Below, in pieces: positions 1-7,893 of a stretch of 7,984 bases of DNA. Source of the stretch: a virus (Duplodnaviria; Heunggongvirae; Uroviricota; Caudoviricetes); the IMG/VR virus record IMGVR_UViG_2648501400_000001, one strand, 5' to 3'. Every line of letters starts with the position of its first letter. The stretch's first letter is position 1. A program made the position numbers and the translations under genes. The notes below the pieces were generated by a model, which saw nothing but the letters and a program-made list of their open reading frames with translations, made no database searches and was not told the DNA's origin.

Positions 1-1131
1 CACCACATTACTGCGGTTATAGGTCCACACCTTATCCGATGGCCGGTCCTGCACGAACGTCAGCGTCTGCCCGTTCCATACCGGCATACAGCGCATCGCA
101 GAGCAGAAATCACTGAGCACATCCCACGCCTTACGCTGTGTGGTCAGGTACGCATTACAGGTGATGCGCGGCTCCGTGCCGCCAAAACCGTCCGGCACCG
201 ACTGATCGCAATGCTGGCCGATGACATACAGCGCCCATTTGTCCACATCCGCCGCACCAAGACGTTTCCCCATGCCGTAGCGCGGATGGGTCAGCATATC
301 CCACAGACACCAGGCCATGTTGTTGCTGTATGCTGGCTTAAACGTTCCGTCCCAGATACCGCTGTATTGCCGCGTCTGCGGGTTATAGTTCGACGGCACC
401 TGCAGAATACGCCCGCGCAGATGATAATTACGGCTCACCTGCTGGCTGCCGAACTGCTCCGAGTCCACCTGCACGCCGACCAGTGCCGTGTTCGGGTAGC
501 ACTGTTTCACATCGATGATTTCGGTGTATGACGACCAGAGCGTTTTGTTCTGCAGCTGGTCTGTGGTGCTGTCCGGTGTCATCCTGCGCATCCGTATATT
601 GAACGGGCGCGGCGGCAGGTTACCCACCACCACCGAGGCCAGATACTGCGAGGTGGTTTTGCCCTTAATGGTGATGTCTTTTTCCGTCACCCAGCCACCG
701 TTACGCTGTATCTGAACCAGCAGGCGGACTTCCGACGGATTCCGGTCCCCCTTTGAGGTGGTTTCCACCAGTGCCTGCACACCGAAAGTAAAGCGCAGAC
801 GATCGATGTTTGCCGACGTGATGGTCCGGGTGATCGGCGTGTCATATTTCACTTCCGTACCCAGCACCGTCTCGGAACCGGAGGATTCAAATCCCTCCGG
901 CGGAGTCTGCTCCTGCTCACCGGCCCGGAACACCACCGTGACGCCGGAGATATTGGTATTCCCCTCACTGTCCAGCACCGGCGTACTGTTCAGCAGCACG
1001 CTTTTTAACCCATCCACCGGACCTTCAATCGGCCCTTCGCTGATGGCATCGATCACACTCAGCAACTGCGTGGATTTGAGGTTGTCCTTCGCTTCGCGCG
1101 GGGTATGCCCCTTACTGCTGCCTTTACCCAT
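1..1131 (-). CDS. J: Tail tip / host specificity protein J, N-terminal 377 codons; the 3' end lies beyond the window start
   Basis: Hand translation from the ATG at 1131-1129 gives MGKGSSKGHTPREAKDN..., matching the lambda gpJ N-terminus as I recall it. RBS-like GGAG/GAGGA lies just upstream on the minus strand. The frame is not in the ORF track because it runs off the window; no minus-strand stop is reported across 1-1131. Sits 60 nt downstream of I, as in lambda. Confidence 0.9.
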   Translation of the reverse strand, partial: MGKGSSKGHTPREAKDNLKSTQLLSVIDAISEGPIEGPVDGLKSVLLNSTPVLDSEGNTNISGVTVVFRAGEQEQTPPEGFESSGSETVLGTEVKYDTPITRTITSANIDRLRFTFGVQALVETTSKGDRNPSEVRLLVQIQRNGGWVTEKDITIKGKTTSQYLASVVVGNLPPRPFNIRMRRMTPDSTTDQLQNKTLWSSYTEIIDVKQCYPNTALVGVQVDSEQFGSQQVSRNYHLRGRILQVPSNYNPQTRQYSGIWDGTFKPAYSNNMAWCLWDMLTHPRYGMGKRLGAADVDKWALYVIGQHCDQSVPDGFGGTEPRITCNAYLTTQRKAWDVLSDFCSAMRCMPVWNGQTLTFVQDRPSDKVWTYNRSNVV

Positions 1132-1153
1132 TCCTCACGCTCCATAAACGACA

Positions 1154-1173
1154 AAACCGCCCGCAGGCGGTTT
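1154..1173 (-). terminator. GC-rich hairpin in the I-J intergenic spacer (8-bp stem AAACCGCC/GGCGGTTT, 4-nt loop), followed on the minus strand by a U-rich tract; possible intrinsic terminator/attenuator or mRNA stability element
   Basis: Perfect inverted repeat read directly from the sequence at 1154-1161 and 1166-1173. Minus-strand RNA would be AAACCGCC-UGCG-GGCGGUUU then UUGUCGUUUAUGGAGCGUGAGGA before the J start codon. Confidence 0.3.
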
Positions 1174-1191
1174 CACATAAAACATTTTGTA

Positions 1192-1833
1192 TCAGCGACC
1201 AATCACCACAACCTGACCACCATCCCCTTCGTCTGCCGTGCTGATCTCCTGAGAAACCACCCGCGACCCCACGCGCATTTCACCGTACAGAACGGGCAGA
1301 ACATTGCCCTGGGCAACCATGTTATCCAGTGACGAGAAATACGTGTTCTGCTTACCGTTATCCGTGCTGGTCGTTGTTGCGGTACTGGCTTTCGGTGCCA
1401 ACATCTGTGCAACACCTCCAAGCGTCATCGCCGCGCCCATTGAAAAGAGGATGTCACTAAAAGCGATACTGATCCCCGGCATCCAGATTGCCGTAGCAAT
1501 CAACGCCGCACCCAACACCGCCTGAAAAACACCGCTACTTTTGGCTCCCGCAAGACGCGGAACGATGTGGATCACTGCACCATTTGCCAGCGGCTCACTA
1601 AGACGGGATGATAATTCGTTTTCGCCTGCATCATGCCCGGCAATGCGTACCTGATACCAACCGTCGCTCAGTTTCTGACGAAACGCCGGAAGCTGTGTGG
1701 CCAGCGCCCGGATGGCTTCAGCACCCGTTTTCACACGAAGGTCGATGCGGCGGCCAAATCGTTGTAAATCCCCGTAAAGGCAGATGCGTGCCATGCCCGG
1801 TGACGCCAGAGGGAGTGTGTGCGTCGCTGCCAT
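1192..1833 (-). CDS. I: Tail assembly protein I (213 aa)
   Basis: ORF track 1192..1833. N-terminus MAATHTLPLASPGMARICLYGDLQRFGRRIDLRVKTGAEAIRALATQLPAFRQ and C-terminus TDNGKQNTYFSSLDNMVAQGNVLPVLYGEMRVGSRVVSQEISTADEGDGGQVVVIGR match lambda gpI as recalled. ATG confirmed at 1833-1831. Position between K and J is syntenic with lambda. Confidence 0.9.
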   Translation of the reverse strand: MAATHTLPLASPGMARICLYGDLQRFGRRIDLRVKTGAEAIRALATQLPAFRQKLSDGWYQVRIAGHDAGENELSSRLSEPLANGAVIHIVPRLAGAKSSGVFQAVLGAALIATAIWMPGISIAFSDILFSMGAAMTLGGVAQMLAPKASTATTTSTDNGKQNTYFSSLDNMVAQGNVLPVLYGEMRVGSRVVSQEISTADEGDGGQVVVIGR

Positions 1834-1995
1834 TTGTCGGTATACCTCTCTCGTTTGCTCAGTTGTTCAGGAATATGGTGCAGCAGCTCGCCGTCACCAC
1901 AGTAAATAGCGGCATGATTCGGCACCGATGAACCAAAGCAGCACAGCAGCACATCGCCGGGCGTGCGCCAGAATCGCTGATTCTGTCTCTGTCAT
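1731..1995 (-). pseudogene. K: Tail assembly protein K remnant: N-terminal 14-15 codons (MTETESAILAHARRC, JAB/MPN-type N-terminus) joined out of frame to the C-terminal ~87 codons (His-bearing half of an NlpC/P60-like domain)
   Basis: Only 168 bp separate the L stop (2001) from the I start (1833), so a full K of about 200 aa or more cannot fit. The ATG at 1995-1993 opens a frame that stops after 33 codons at 1896-1894. A second frame, open from 1991 to the stop at 1731-1733, encodes ...RFWRTPGDVLLCCFGSSVPNHAAIYCGDGELLHHIPEQLSKRERYTDKWQRRTHSLWRHRAWHASAFTGIYNDLAAASTFV and overlaps I by 103 bp as the lambda K C-terminus does. The ORF track reports only the GTG-initiated 73-aa piece 1731..1952. 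Confidence 0.65.
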
Positions 1996-2000
1996 GGGAT

Positions 2001-2699
2001 TTACTGCGAAAGTTTGTTAATGGAAAGGAAGCCGCCAAAGTTGCCGACGTTATTGCGAAACTTACAGCCACTCAGGCATTTGCTGCATTTATCCTTCGTG
2101 ATATCGGACGTCGGCTGGTCATATTCATCCGCGACCGCCGGACCGCTATAACCGCACTCATCACCGCGATAGGTCCAGGTACAGGTGTTGGCCAGCATGA
2201 TGCGCCCCGGAAAAACAGCACCATCCGTTTCCGTCGGTGTGGACAACACAAAGGAGGCACTGACCGCGCTCAGTTCGCTGCACTGCTCGATGCGCCAGCG
2301 GCTGATCACCTCCTGCTCCGGATCGGCATCGCTGTTTCCGTTGACGAAGTTCACCGCATCCAGAAAACGGGCGTAAACCTTACGCCTGACCACCGTTCCG
2401 CCGACCAGACTCTGCAGATCTTCCACCATCCCGGTGACCATGCCGTACAGGTTAGAGACTGCCAGCGTGGGGCGCGTACTGGTGCCTTTGCCATTCAGTT
2501 CAAAACCACTCCCCTGAATGGGATACGCCAGATACTGCCGCCCCTGCCAGGTGACCGGCTCACCTTTTTCGTTCTGCTCATTACAGAAAAAATAACGTTC
2601 ACCACCGACCTCTGTCAGATCGATTTCCCAGAGCACCACGCTGGCCGACTGCTCCGCACGGGTGCATTCATTCAGTGTTTCCTGCCGGATATCCTGCAT
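2001..2699 (-). CDS. L: Minor tail protein L (232 aa)
   Basis: ORF track 2001..2699. MQDIRQETLNECTRAEQSASVVLWEIDLTEVGGERYFFCNEQNEKGEPVTWQGRQY... ...CSKCLSGCKFRNNVGNFGGFLSINKLSQ matches lambda gpL as recalled, including the C-terminal Cys cluster. The start ATG shares one base with the M stop (TGATG). Confidence 0.95.
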   Translation of the reverse strand: MQDIRQETLNECTRAEQSASVVLWEIDLTEVGGERYFFCNEQNEKGEPVTWQGRQYLAYPIQGSGFELNGKGTSTRPTLAVSNLYGMVTGMVEDLQSLVGGTVVRRKVYARFLDAVNFVNGNSDADPEQEVISRWRIEQCSELSAVSASFVLSTPTETDGAVFPGRIMLANTCTWTYRGDECGYSGPAVADEYDQPTSDITKDKCSKCLSGCKFRNNVGNFGGFLSINKLSQ

Positions 2700-3028
2700 C
2701 AGTTCACCACCTGTTTAAACTCTGCGCTGAACTCAACACGCAGCATACTGACCCGCGACGTCCATTTTGCGCAGGTCACCTTTATCTGCCGCCAGTCATA
2801 AGGCGGCGTCCACAGAAAGGCTTTCCAGCCTCCGTGCTCTGCCAGAAACGATTCCAGCGCCGTGGCCTCCCAACGGGGGACAGAAATCGTCACGCTGTAC
2901 GTTTTCAGGTTGGCATTCAGCCCGGCAGGCGCGCGCTGGGAGTAACCATCACCAAAGCGCACCTCCCTGACGGAAGGAGTCGAAGCCACATCCATACCCG
3001 GTTTCACTTTCCAGCGGAAGGTTTTCAT
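2699..3028 (-). CDS. M: Minor tail protein M (109 aa)
   Basis: ORF track 2699..3028. MKTFRWKVKPGMDVASTPSVREVRFGDGYSQRAPAGLNANLKTYSVTISVPRWEATALESFLAEHGGWKAFLWTPPYDWRQIKVTCAKWTSRVSMLRVEFSAEFKQVVN is near-identical to lambda gpM as recalled. ATGA overlap with the H stop. Confidence 0.95.
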   Translation of the reverse strand: MKTFRWKVKPGMDVASTPSVREVRFGDGYSQRAPAGLNANLKTYSVTISVPRWEATALESFLAEHGGWKAFLWTPPYDWRQIKVTCAKWTSRVSMLRVEFSAEFKQVVN

Positions 3029-5604
3029 CGTCCACCTCCGGAGAACAGACCACCATCACGCATCTGCCCGGTCACAACATCCATTGCCGCCTTACGGGCT
3101 ACGTCATAAACCGCCTTCAGCGCCTGTGGCCCTATCTGACCGTTCGTGCCGTCGTTGTTAATCACCACATGGTTATTCTGCTCAAACTTCCCGGACGCCT
3201 GCGACCGACTGTCCGCCATGCTGCCCGGTGTACCGACATAACCGCCGGTGGCATAGCCGCGCATCAGCCGGTAAAGATTCCCCACGCCAATCCGGCTGGT
3301 TGCCTCCTTCGTGAAGACAAATTCACCACGGTGAACAATCCCCGCTGGCTCATATTTGCCGCCGGTTCCCGTAAATCCTCCGGTCGCAAAATGGAGTTTC
3401 GCCGCAGCGGCCTGAATGGCTGCACCACCTGACGCTGATGAGCCGCCACCGGTAGCACCTCCAATGGCGCTGCCGATACTCCCGACAATCCCCACCATTG
3501 CCTGCTTAAGCAGAATTTCTGTCATCATGGACAGCACGGAACGGGTGAAGCTGCGCCAGTTCTGTTCACTGCCGGTCAGCATCGCCGCCATATTCTGTGC
3601 AATACCATCAAAGGTCTGCGTGGCTGCACTTTTAACCTGCGACATACTGTCCGTGGCGCTCTCTTCCCACTCACTCCAGCCGGACTTCAGGCCTGCCATC
3701 CAGCTCCCACGAAGCTGGTCTTCAGCCGCCCAGGTCTTTTTCTGCTCTGACATGACGTTATTCAGCGCCAGCGGATTATCGCCATACTCCTCCTTCAGGC
3801 GCTGTTCCGTGCCTTCCCGTTCTGCCTGCCGGTCAGTCAGCCCCCGGCTTTTCGCATCAATGGCGGCCCGTTTTGCCCGTTGCTGCTGTGCGAATTTATC
3901 CGCCTGCTGCGCCAGCGCGTTCAGGTGCTCCTGATACGTAACCTTGTCGCCAAGTGCAGCCAGCTGGCGCTTGTACTCCAGCGTCTCATCTTTATGCGCC
4001 AGCAGGGATTTCTCCTGTGCAGACAGCTGGCGACGTTGCGCCGCCTCCTCCAGTACCGCGAACTGATTCTCCGCCTTCCACAAATCCCGGCGCTGCTGGC
4101 TGATTTTCTCATTCGCTCCGGCATGCTTCTCCAGCGTCCGGAGTTCTGCCTGAAGCGTCAGAAGGGCAGCATGAGCACTGTCTTCCTGACGATCGCCCGC
4201 AGACACCTTCACGCCGGAGTGCTTCGGCTTTTTCAGCGTCGCTTCATAGTCCTTTTTCGCCGCCGCCATCAGCGTGTTGTAATCTGCCTGCAGGATTTTC
4301 CCGTCCTTCAGTGCCTTGTTCAGTTCTTCCTGACGGGCGGTATATTTCTCCAGCGGCGTCTGCAGGCGTTCGTAAGCCTTCTGCGCCTCTTCGGTATATT
4401 TCAGCCGTGATGCCTCAGAGTCGGCCCAGTCCTTTGCTGCCATCTCTCTGGCCTTTTCAAGATCGGCCTGCAACGTGGCGGCTGAAAGCCCAAGTTGCGC
4501 ATTCGCTCTGTCCTCCCATGCTCCACGGAGATTGGCAAGAAATGCTGAGGTTTTACCGCGCCGGTGGCTTCGGCTCTGATACCACTGCCATTTTTTATCC
4601 GCTTCATCAAAAGCCTTTTCAGCTTTGGCGAGCATATCTGCAGAGGAGTCCGGGCGGCCAATATCCAGCACCGCATCCCACATGGATTTGAATGCCTGTG
4701 CAGTCTTGTCAGCCCAGGTCTCCAGCGTACCCATGTTCTCTTTCAGGCGGCGGGTCTGGTCATCAAACCCTTTCGTTGCGGCCTCGTTCGCCGCCTGCAA
4801 CGCCCCGGCCCCATCGCCGGAACGCTGCAACTGAGCAACATACGCAATCTGTTCCGCCGTCACGTTATGGAACTGGCGCGCCATCGCCGTCAACCCAGAC
4901 GTCGGGTCAGTGGTCAGCTTCCCGAAGGCTTCAGCGACCTTGTCCACCTCCACGCCGGATGCAGAGGAGAAACGCGCCACACTCTGGCTGATTGCCTCAA
5001 ACTGCTCACCACCACGCACACCGGCATTCACCAGCGCCGTCAGTGACTCGCTGGTCTGGTTAAACGTCAGCCCTGCCGCCTGCCCGGATCTGGACAGGGC
5101 CAGCATACGATCTGCCGTCAGTCCCGCCTGATTACCGGAAAGGACCAGCGTTTTGTTGAAATTAGACAGGGTTGAGTCACCCTGATACCAGGCATACGCC
5201 AGCGCACCGGTCGCCACCGCTAGCGAAGTGATACCAACCATCGGCAGGGTGATCGCACCGGCAAGCCCCCTGAACATGGGGATCATCCCGCCGAAGGAGT
5301 CCTTCACCTGACCGCCCTGTTGCAGCAGGATCAGCCACGGACTTTGCCCGCCTGCAAGCTGCGTGGCCACGTCGGTGAACTGCGCAGGCAGCATACGCAT
5401 GGCAGCTTTATACTGCCCGACGGAAATCCCCGCTTTCTGTGCAGCCAGCGCCTGTCGGTTCATCGACTGTTCAACGACTGCCGCTGTTTTTTTCGCATCA
5501 CTTTCCGTACCGGAAAAATGACGCCTGACTCTGGCCATCTGCTCGTCAAATCTGGCCGCATCCAGACTCAAATCAACGACCAGATCACCTACCGGTTCAG
5601 CCAT
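3025..5604 (-). CDS. H: Tail tape measure protein (859 aa)
   Basis: ORF track 3025..5604. Long alpha-helical, charge-rich central region (ADLEKAREMAAKDWADSEASRLKYTEEAQKAYERL...) and a Gly-rich hydrophobic C-terminal segment (VGIVGSIGSAIGGATGGGSSASGGAAIQAAAAKLHFATGGFTGTGG) typical of lambda gpH. Strong SD (AGGAGGAG) precedes the ATG at 5604. Sits between G-T and M as in lambda; the length is close to the 853 aa I recall for lambda gpH. Confidence 0.95.
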   Translation of the reverse strand: MAEPVGDLVVDLSLDAARFDEQMARVRRHFSGTESDAKKTAAVVEQSMNRQALAAQKAGISVGQYKAAMRMLPAQFTDVATQLAGGQSPWLILLQQGGQVKDSFGGMIPMFRGLAGAITLPMVGITSLAVATGALAYAWYQGDSTLSNFNKTLVLSGNQAGLTADRMLALSRSGQAAGLTFNQTSESLTALVNAGVRGGEQFEAISQSVARFSSASGVEVDKVAEAFGKLTTDPTSGLTAMARQFHNVTAEQIAYVAQLQRSGDGAGALQAANEAATKGFDDQTRRLKENMGTLETWADKTAQAFKSMWDAVLDIGRPDSSADMLAKAEKAFDEADKKWQWYQSRSHRRGKTSAFLANLRGAWEDRANAQLGLSAATLQADLEKAREMAAKDWADSEASRLKYTEEAQKAYERLQTPLEKYTARQEELNKALKDGKILQADYNTLMAAAKKDYEATLKKPKHSGVKVSAGDRQEDSAHAALLTLQAELRTLEKHAGANEKISQQRRDLWKAENQFAVLEEAAQRRQLSAQEKSLLAHKDETLEYKRQLAALGDKVTYQEHLNALAQQADKFAQQQRAKRAAIDAKSRGLTDRQAEREGTEQRLKEEYGDNPLALNNVMSEQKKTWAAEDQLRGSWMAGLKSGWSEWEESATDSMSQVKSAATQTFDGIAQNMAAMLTGSEQNWRSFTRSVLSMMTEILLKQAMVGIVGSIGSAIGGATGGGSSASGGAAIQAAAAKLHFATGGFTGTGGKYEPAGIVHRGEFVFTKEATSRIGVGNLYRLMRGYATGGYVGTPGSMADSRSQASGKFEQNNHVVINNDGTNGQIGPQALKAVYDVARKAAMDVVTGQMRDGGLFSGGGR

Positions 5605-6435
5605 ACCGGACTCCTCCTGCGATCCCTTCTGATACTGTCATCAGCATTACGTCATCCTCCGTCATGTCCGCCACATCCGGGGAAGCGGGGATAACTTCAT
5701 TCCCGTCAGGGCCAAAACGAACGCCTCCGGCAAGCCCTGCCGCTTTCTGCATCAGCACATCATCTTCAGGCTCTTCGTCAGCCTCACGCCGGCTCAGCAG
5801 ACTGAAATCCAGCGGATGCATATCCGGATCGCTGAAAAACAGGCTGAGCACGGTGTACGTCAGCCCGGAAAAGTGCATATCCAGCAGAACATCATGAAAA
5901 TAATGGGTACTGTAAAAGCGGTGCCAGTCGGCATACTCCGTGGATGACATCCCGGCAAGCATGGCGCGCCAGTCGGGTCGCCCCATCTCACGCGCCAGTT
6001 TCAGGGCAAAACTCAGCTCACCGTCGAACACTTTCCCGCAGAAACAGGCTCTGCAGGCCCGGCGTCATCTGTCTGTTCAGGGGCATTATTCACAACAAAC
6101 TCAGACATTCCGGACAGACGTAACACCACGTTTTCAGCCTGAGCAATTGCCTCCGTGGGCCAGGTGGTAAGCACTTCCTGCTCAATCTGCGTAATGGCTT
6201 CATTCATGGACGGCAGCTTTGTTTTCTGCGGATGGTTATGCCACAGAGACATCGCCACCAGAAACGCCCCGCCTCTGATAAGATCCTCTACAGACACCTG
6301 CAGGTTGCCACTGGATTCAGCCTTTTTTTCCTGCTCTTTCAACCAGGCAAGATGCTCAATACGCTGCAGGGCTGACAGTTCAGAAAGCGTGACGGTCACG
6401 CCGTTATGTTCAAATGATTCGGTTTTCAGGAACAT
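5597..6435 (-). CDS. GT: Tail assembly chaperone fusion G-T, made by a programmed -1 ribosomal frameshift from the G frame into the T frame at 6037-6031; the T-frame segment runs 6031..5597
   Basis: The T-frame ORF (track 5597..6031, 144 codons, ...FDGELSFALKLAREMGRPDWRAMLAGMSSTEYADWHRFYSTHYFHDVLLDMHFSGLTY...) has no independent start. It begins at a GTG inside the slippery site in the -1 frame relative to G and ends 2 nt before the H start. This is the lambda G/gpGT arrangement. Confidence 0.85.
6013..6435 (-). CDS. G: Tail assembly chaperone G (140 aa)
   Basis: ORF track 6013..6435. MFLKTESFEHNGVTVTLSELSALQRIEHLAWLKEQ... ...VVNNAPEQTDDAGPAEPVSAGKCSTVS matches lambda gpG as recalled. GGAGAG RBS in the 15-nt spacer after V. 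Confidence 0.9.
   Translation of the reverse strand: MFLKTESFEHNGVTVTLSELSALQRIEHLAWLKEQEKKAESSGNLQVSVEDLIRGGAFLVAMSLWHNHPQKTKLPSMNEAITQIEQEVLTTWPTEAIAQAENVVLRLSGMSEFVVNNAPEQTDDAGPAEPVSAGKCSTVS
6031..6037 (-). promoter_or_regulatory. Programmed -1 ribosomal frameshift slippery heptamer G GGA AAG (plus strand reads ctttccc) near the 3' end of G
   Basis: Read directly: plus 6031-6037 is CTTTCCC, the reverse complement of GGGAAAG. In the G frame the codons are GGA-AAG (Gly-Lys of ...AGKCSTVS*); a -1 slip reads GGG-AAA-GTG-TTC-GAC and enters the T frame. Confidence 0.8.
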
Positions 6436-6450
6436 CGCTGACTCTCCGGA

Positions 6451-7191
6451 TTAGCTGTCGGTGACGTTGATTTCTGCAACCGCAGCAAACTCACCATTAC
6501 CGGATACGACCGGAATGTTGACCTTGCCTGCAGCAACGCCCTTCACGGTGATGGTCATACCACTGACCGACACGGTGGCTTTTGTTTTATCCGCTGACAC
6601 CGCACGGAAGCTCTTGTCGGTTGCGCCTTCCGGCTGGAATGCCACGGTCAGCGTGGTGCTCTGCCCTTTCACTACGGAAGCACTGGCTGGCGTTACCGTC
6701 ATGCCGGTTGCCGCTGTCACCGTGCTGCGATCTTCTGCCATTGACGGACGGCCCACATTGGTGACCTTCACCGTACGGGTGATCACTTCCTTCGCCGTCA
6801 CTGCCTTACCGATACTGCTGACCCAGCCACGGAACACATCGACCGTGCCGTTCGGGAAGCGGATTTTATAGGCACGGGTATCGCCTTCATTAAACCACGC
6901 CAGCAGCGCCTGCTGCCCCTGCTCTCCGGGCATCCACGCCAGCGTGAAGCTGGTATCTCCGGCGGATTTCTGCCCCTGCCCGGTCGCGGCCCAGTCCGGA
7001 TCTTCATCATCGAGATAACTGTCGTCATAGGACTCTGCGGTCAGTTCGCCGGGCGTCAGTTCTTTAACTTTTGCCAGACGCGACCAGTCAACGTCTGAAA
7101 GCGGGTTCGCATAAGGGTCACCGTTCCCCTTATAAACCCACAGGGTGGTCCCGGCCCCTTTCACCGGTGCCAGAGGATTTGGTGTTGGCAT
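6451..7191 (-). CDS. V: Major tail tube protein V (246 aa from the second ATG), with a C-terminal Ig-like (Big_2-type) domain
   Basis: ORF track 6451..7221. I place the start at the ATG at 7191-7189 ([42 protein letters not shown]...). That ATG is preceded by TGAGGA, lies 7 nt after the U stop, and corresponds to the lambda gpV N-terminus. The ATG at 7221 would add 10 residues and overlap U. Confidence 0.9.
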   Translation of the reverse strand: MPTPNPLAPVKGAGTTLWVYKGNGDPYANPLSDVDWSRLAKVKELTPGELTAESYDDSYLDDEDPDWAATGQGQKSAGDTSFTLAWMPGEQGQQALLAWFNEGDTRAYKIRFPNGTVDVFRGWVSSIGKAVTAKEVITRTVKVTNVGRPSMAEDRSTVTAATGMTVTPASASVVKGQSTTLTVAFQPEGATDKSFRAVSADKTKATVSVSGMTITVKGVAAGKVNIPVVSGNGEFAAVAEINVTDS

Positions 7192-7198
7192 ATCGTCC

Positions 7199-7594
7199 TC
7201 ACATTTCATAGGTAATGACATAAGTCAGATCGGCTGAACTCCACAGGCCCGCATCATCGTCGCGCCGGTAGTCATAGCCACTGGCCACCATACTGGTGAT
7301 CAAATCTGACAGTGCCGGGATATCGCTCATCACCGGATAAATCCGGGACTCCATCCACGCATCCAGCTCTGAATCCGGCACCTGAGCAGGCAGGAAAACT
7401 TCAATATGCAGCTCCGCCTGCCAGGTATCGCTGTCCAGCTCTTCGCCCGTGTATTCAGCGCCGGTGAGATAAACGGCAACTGCCGGAAAATCCGCCTCAT
7501 CAAAAACAGCGGGGCGACCATCAAAAAGCGTCGCCCCGGTGTCATGCTTCTCCAGTGCATCCAGTACGGCTGCACGGAGTTCAGTATGTTTCAT
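7199..7594 (-). CDS. U: Tail terminator / tail completion protein U (131 aa)
   Basis: ORF track 7199..7594. [131 protein letters not shown] matches lambda gpU as recalled. The start ATG overlaps the Z stop (ATGA). Confidence 0.95.
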   Translation of the reverse strand: MKHTELRAAVLDALEKHDTGATLFDGRPAVFDEADFPAVAVYLTGAEYTGEELDSDTWQAELHIEVFLPAQVPDSELDAWMESRIYPVMSDIPALSDLITSMVASGYDYRRDDDAGLWSSADLTYVITYEM

Positions 7595-7893
7595 CGCTTT
7601 ATCGCAATCCTCAGTTGTTGTTTCAGGGCGTATTCCAGTTCTTTCGGCAAACGTTCACGCCGTATCTGTTCAATATTCTGTTTAAACGCCGTGGTCAGCG
7701 GCACCGCCATCGGGATTTTCACCACATCAATGGGGTAACGGTTTTTCCCGGCCACACGCTGCATGACATGCCAGCGACCATTTTTTAATCGCTGGATAAA
7801 TGCCCGCTGATAACGATGCTGACCGGCCCGTAGCGTACTGTTGGGACGACTTCCGGTGATCCGTATGATTAGACTTGAGATAAATGGTAAGCG
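7591..7893 (-). pseudogene. Z: Minor tail protein Z, 3' portion only (about 100 codons of open frame; 5' half absent)
   Basis: Hand translation of the minus frame ending at the TGA at 7593-7591 gives ...[71 protein letters not shown], matching the lambda gpZ C-terminus as recalled. An in-frame TGA at 7896-7894 closes the frame upstream. The first in-frame start candidate is the ATG at 7764, giving at most 57 aa, which is why the ORF track lists nothing here. Lambda gpZ is about 190 aa. Confidence 0.6.

Noticed and set aside
211-1147. Plus-strand ORFs 211..531, 515..715 and 758..1147
   Set aside because: Antisense to the well-supported J coding region; the translations are low-complexity and Arg/Pro-rich, typical of spurious frames in GC-rich DNA.
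1105-1525. Plus-strand ORFs 1105..1332 and 1304..1525, and minus-strand ORF 1203..1421
   Set aside because: They overlap gene I in antisense or alternative frames and have no recognisable features; I is confidently assigned.
1608-2376. ORFs 1608..1931 (+), 1859..2071 (-), 2072..2260 (-), 2185..2376 (+)
   Set aside because: Alternative or antisense frames over I, the K remnant and L. I checked specifically whether either minus-strand ORF overlapping the L 3' end could be the missing K N-terminal domain; neither looks like a JAB/MPN or NlpC/P60 sequence.
2675-5694. Many plus-strand ORFs (for example 2675..3109, 3416..3934, 3880..4410, 4564..5046, 4692..4991, 5320..5694) and minus-strand alternative-frame ORFs (3264..3488, 3921..4124, 4401..4676)
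   Set aside because: All lie within M/H in antisense or shifted frames. Their Arg/Leu/Ser/Pro-rich compositions are what long open antisense frames of an Ala/Gln/Glu-rich gene produce; no independent support.
5597-6031. T as an independent GTG-initiated gene, as the ORF track suggests
   Set aside because: The GTG lies inside the slippery heptamer and has no RBS; by analogy with lambda, T is expressed only as the G-T frameshift fusion.
5664-6454. Plus-strand ORFs 5664..5897, 5940..6170 and 6155..6454
   Set aside because: Antisense to G and T; no start context or recognisable motif.
6461-7028. ORFs 6461..6871 (+), 6582..6764 (+) and 6798..7028 (-) within V
   Set aside because: Antisense or alternative frames of the major tail protein gene; spurious.
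7192-7221. Alternative V start at the ATG at 7221, giving a 256-aa ORF ([15 protein letters not shown]...)
   Set aside because: It would overlap the end of U by 23 nt and lacks an SD. The downstream ATG at 7191 has a TGAGGA RBS and matches the lambda gpV N-terminus.
7330-7788. ORFs 7330..7575 (-), 7406..7738 (+) and 7555..7788 (+)
   Set aside because: Alternative or antisense frames over U and the Z remnant; no support.
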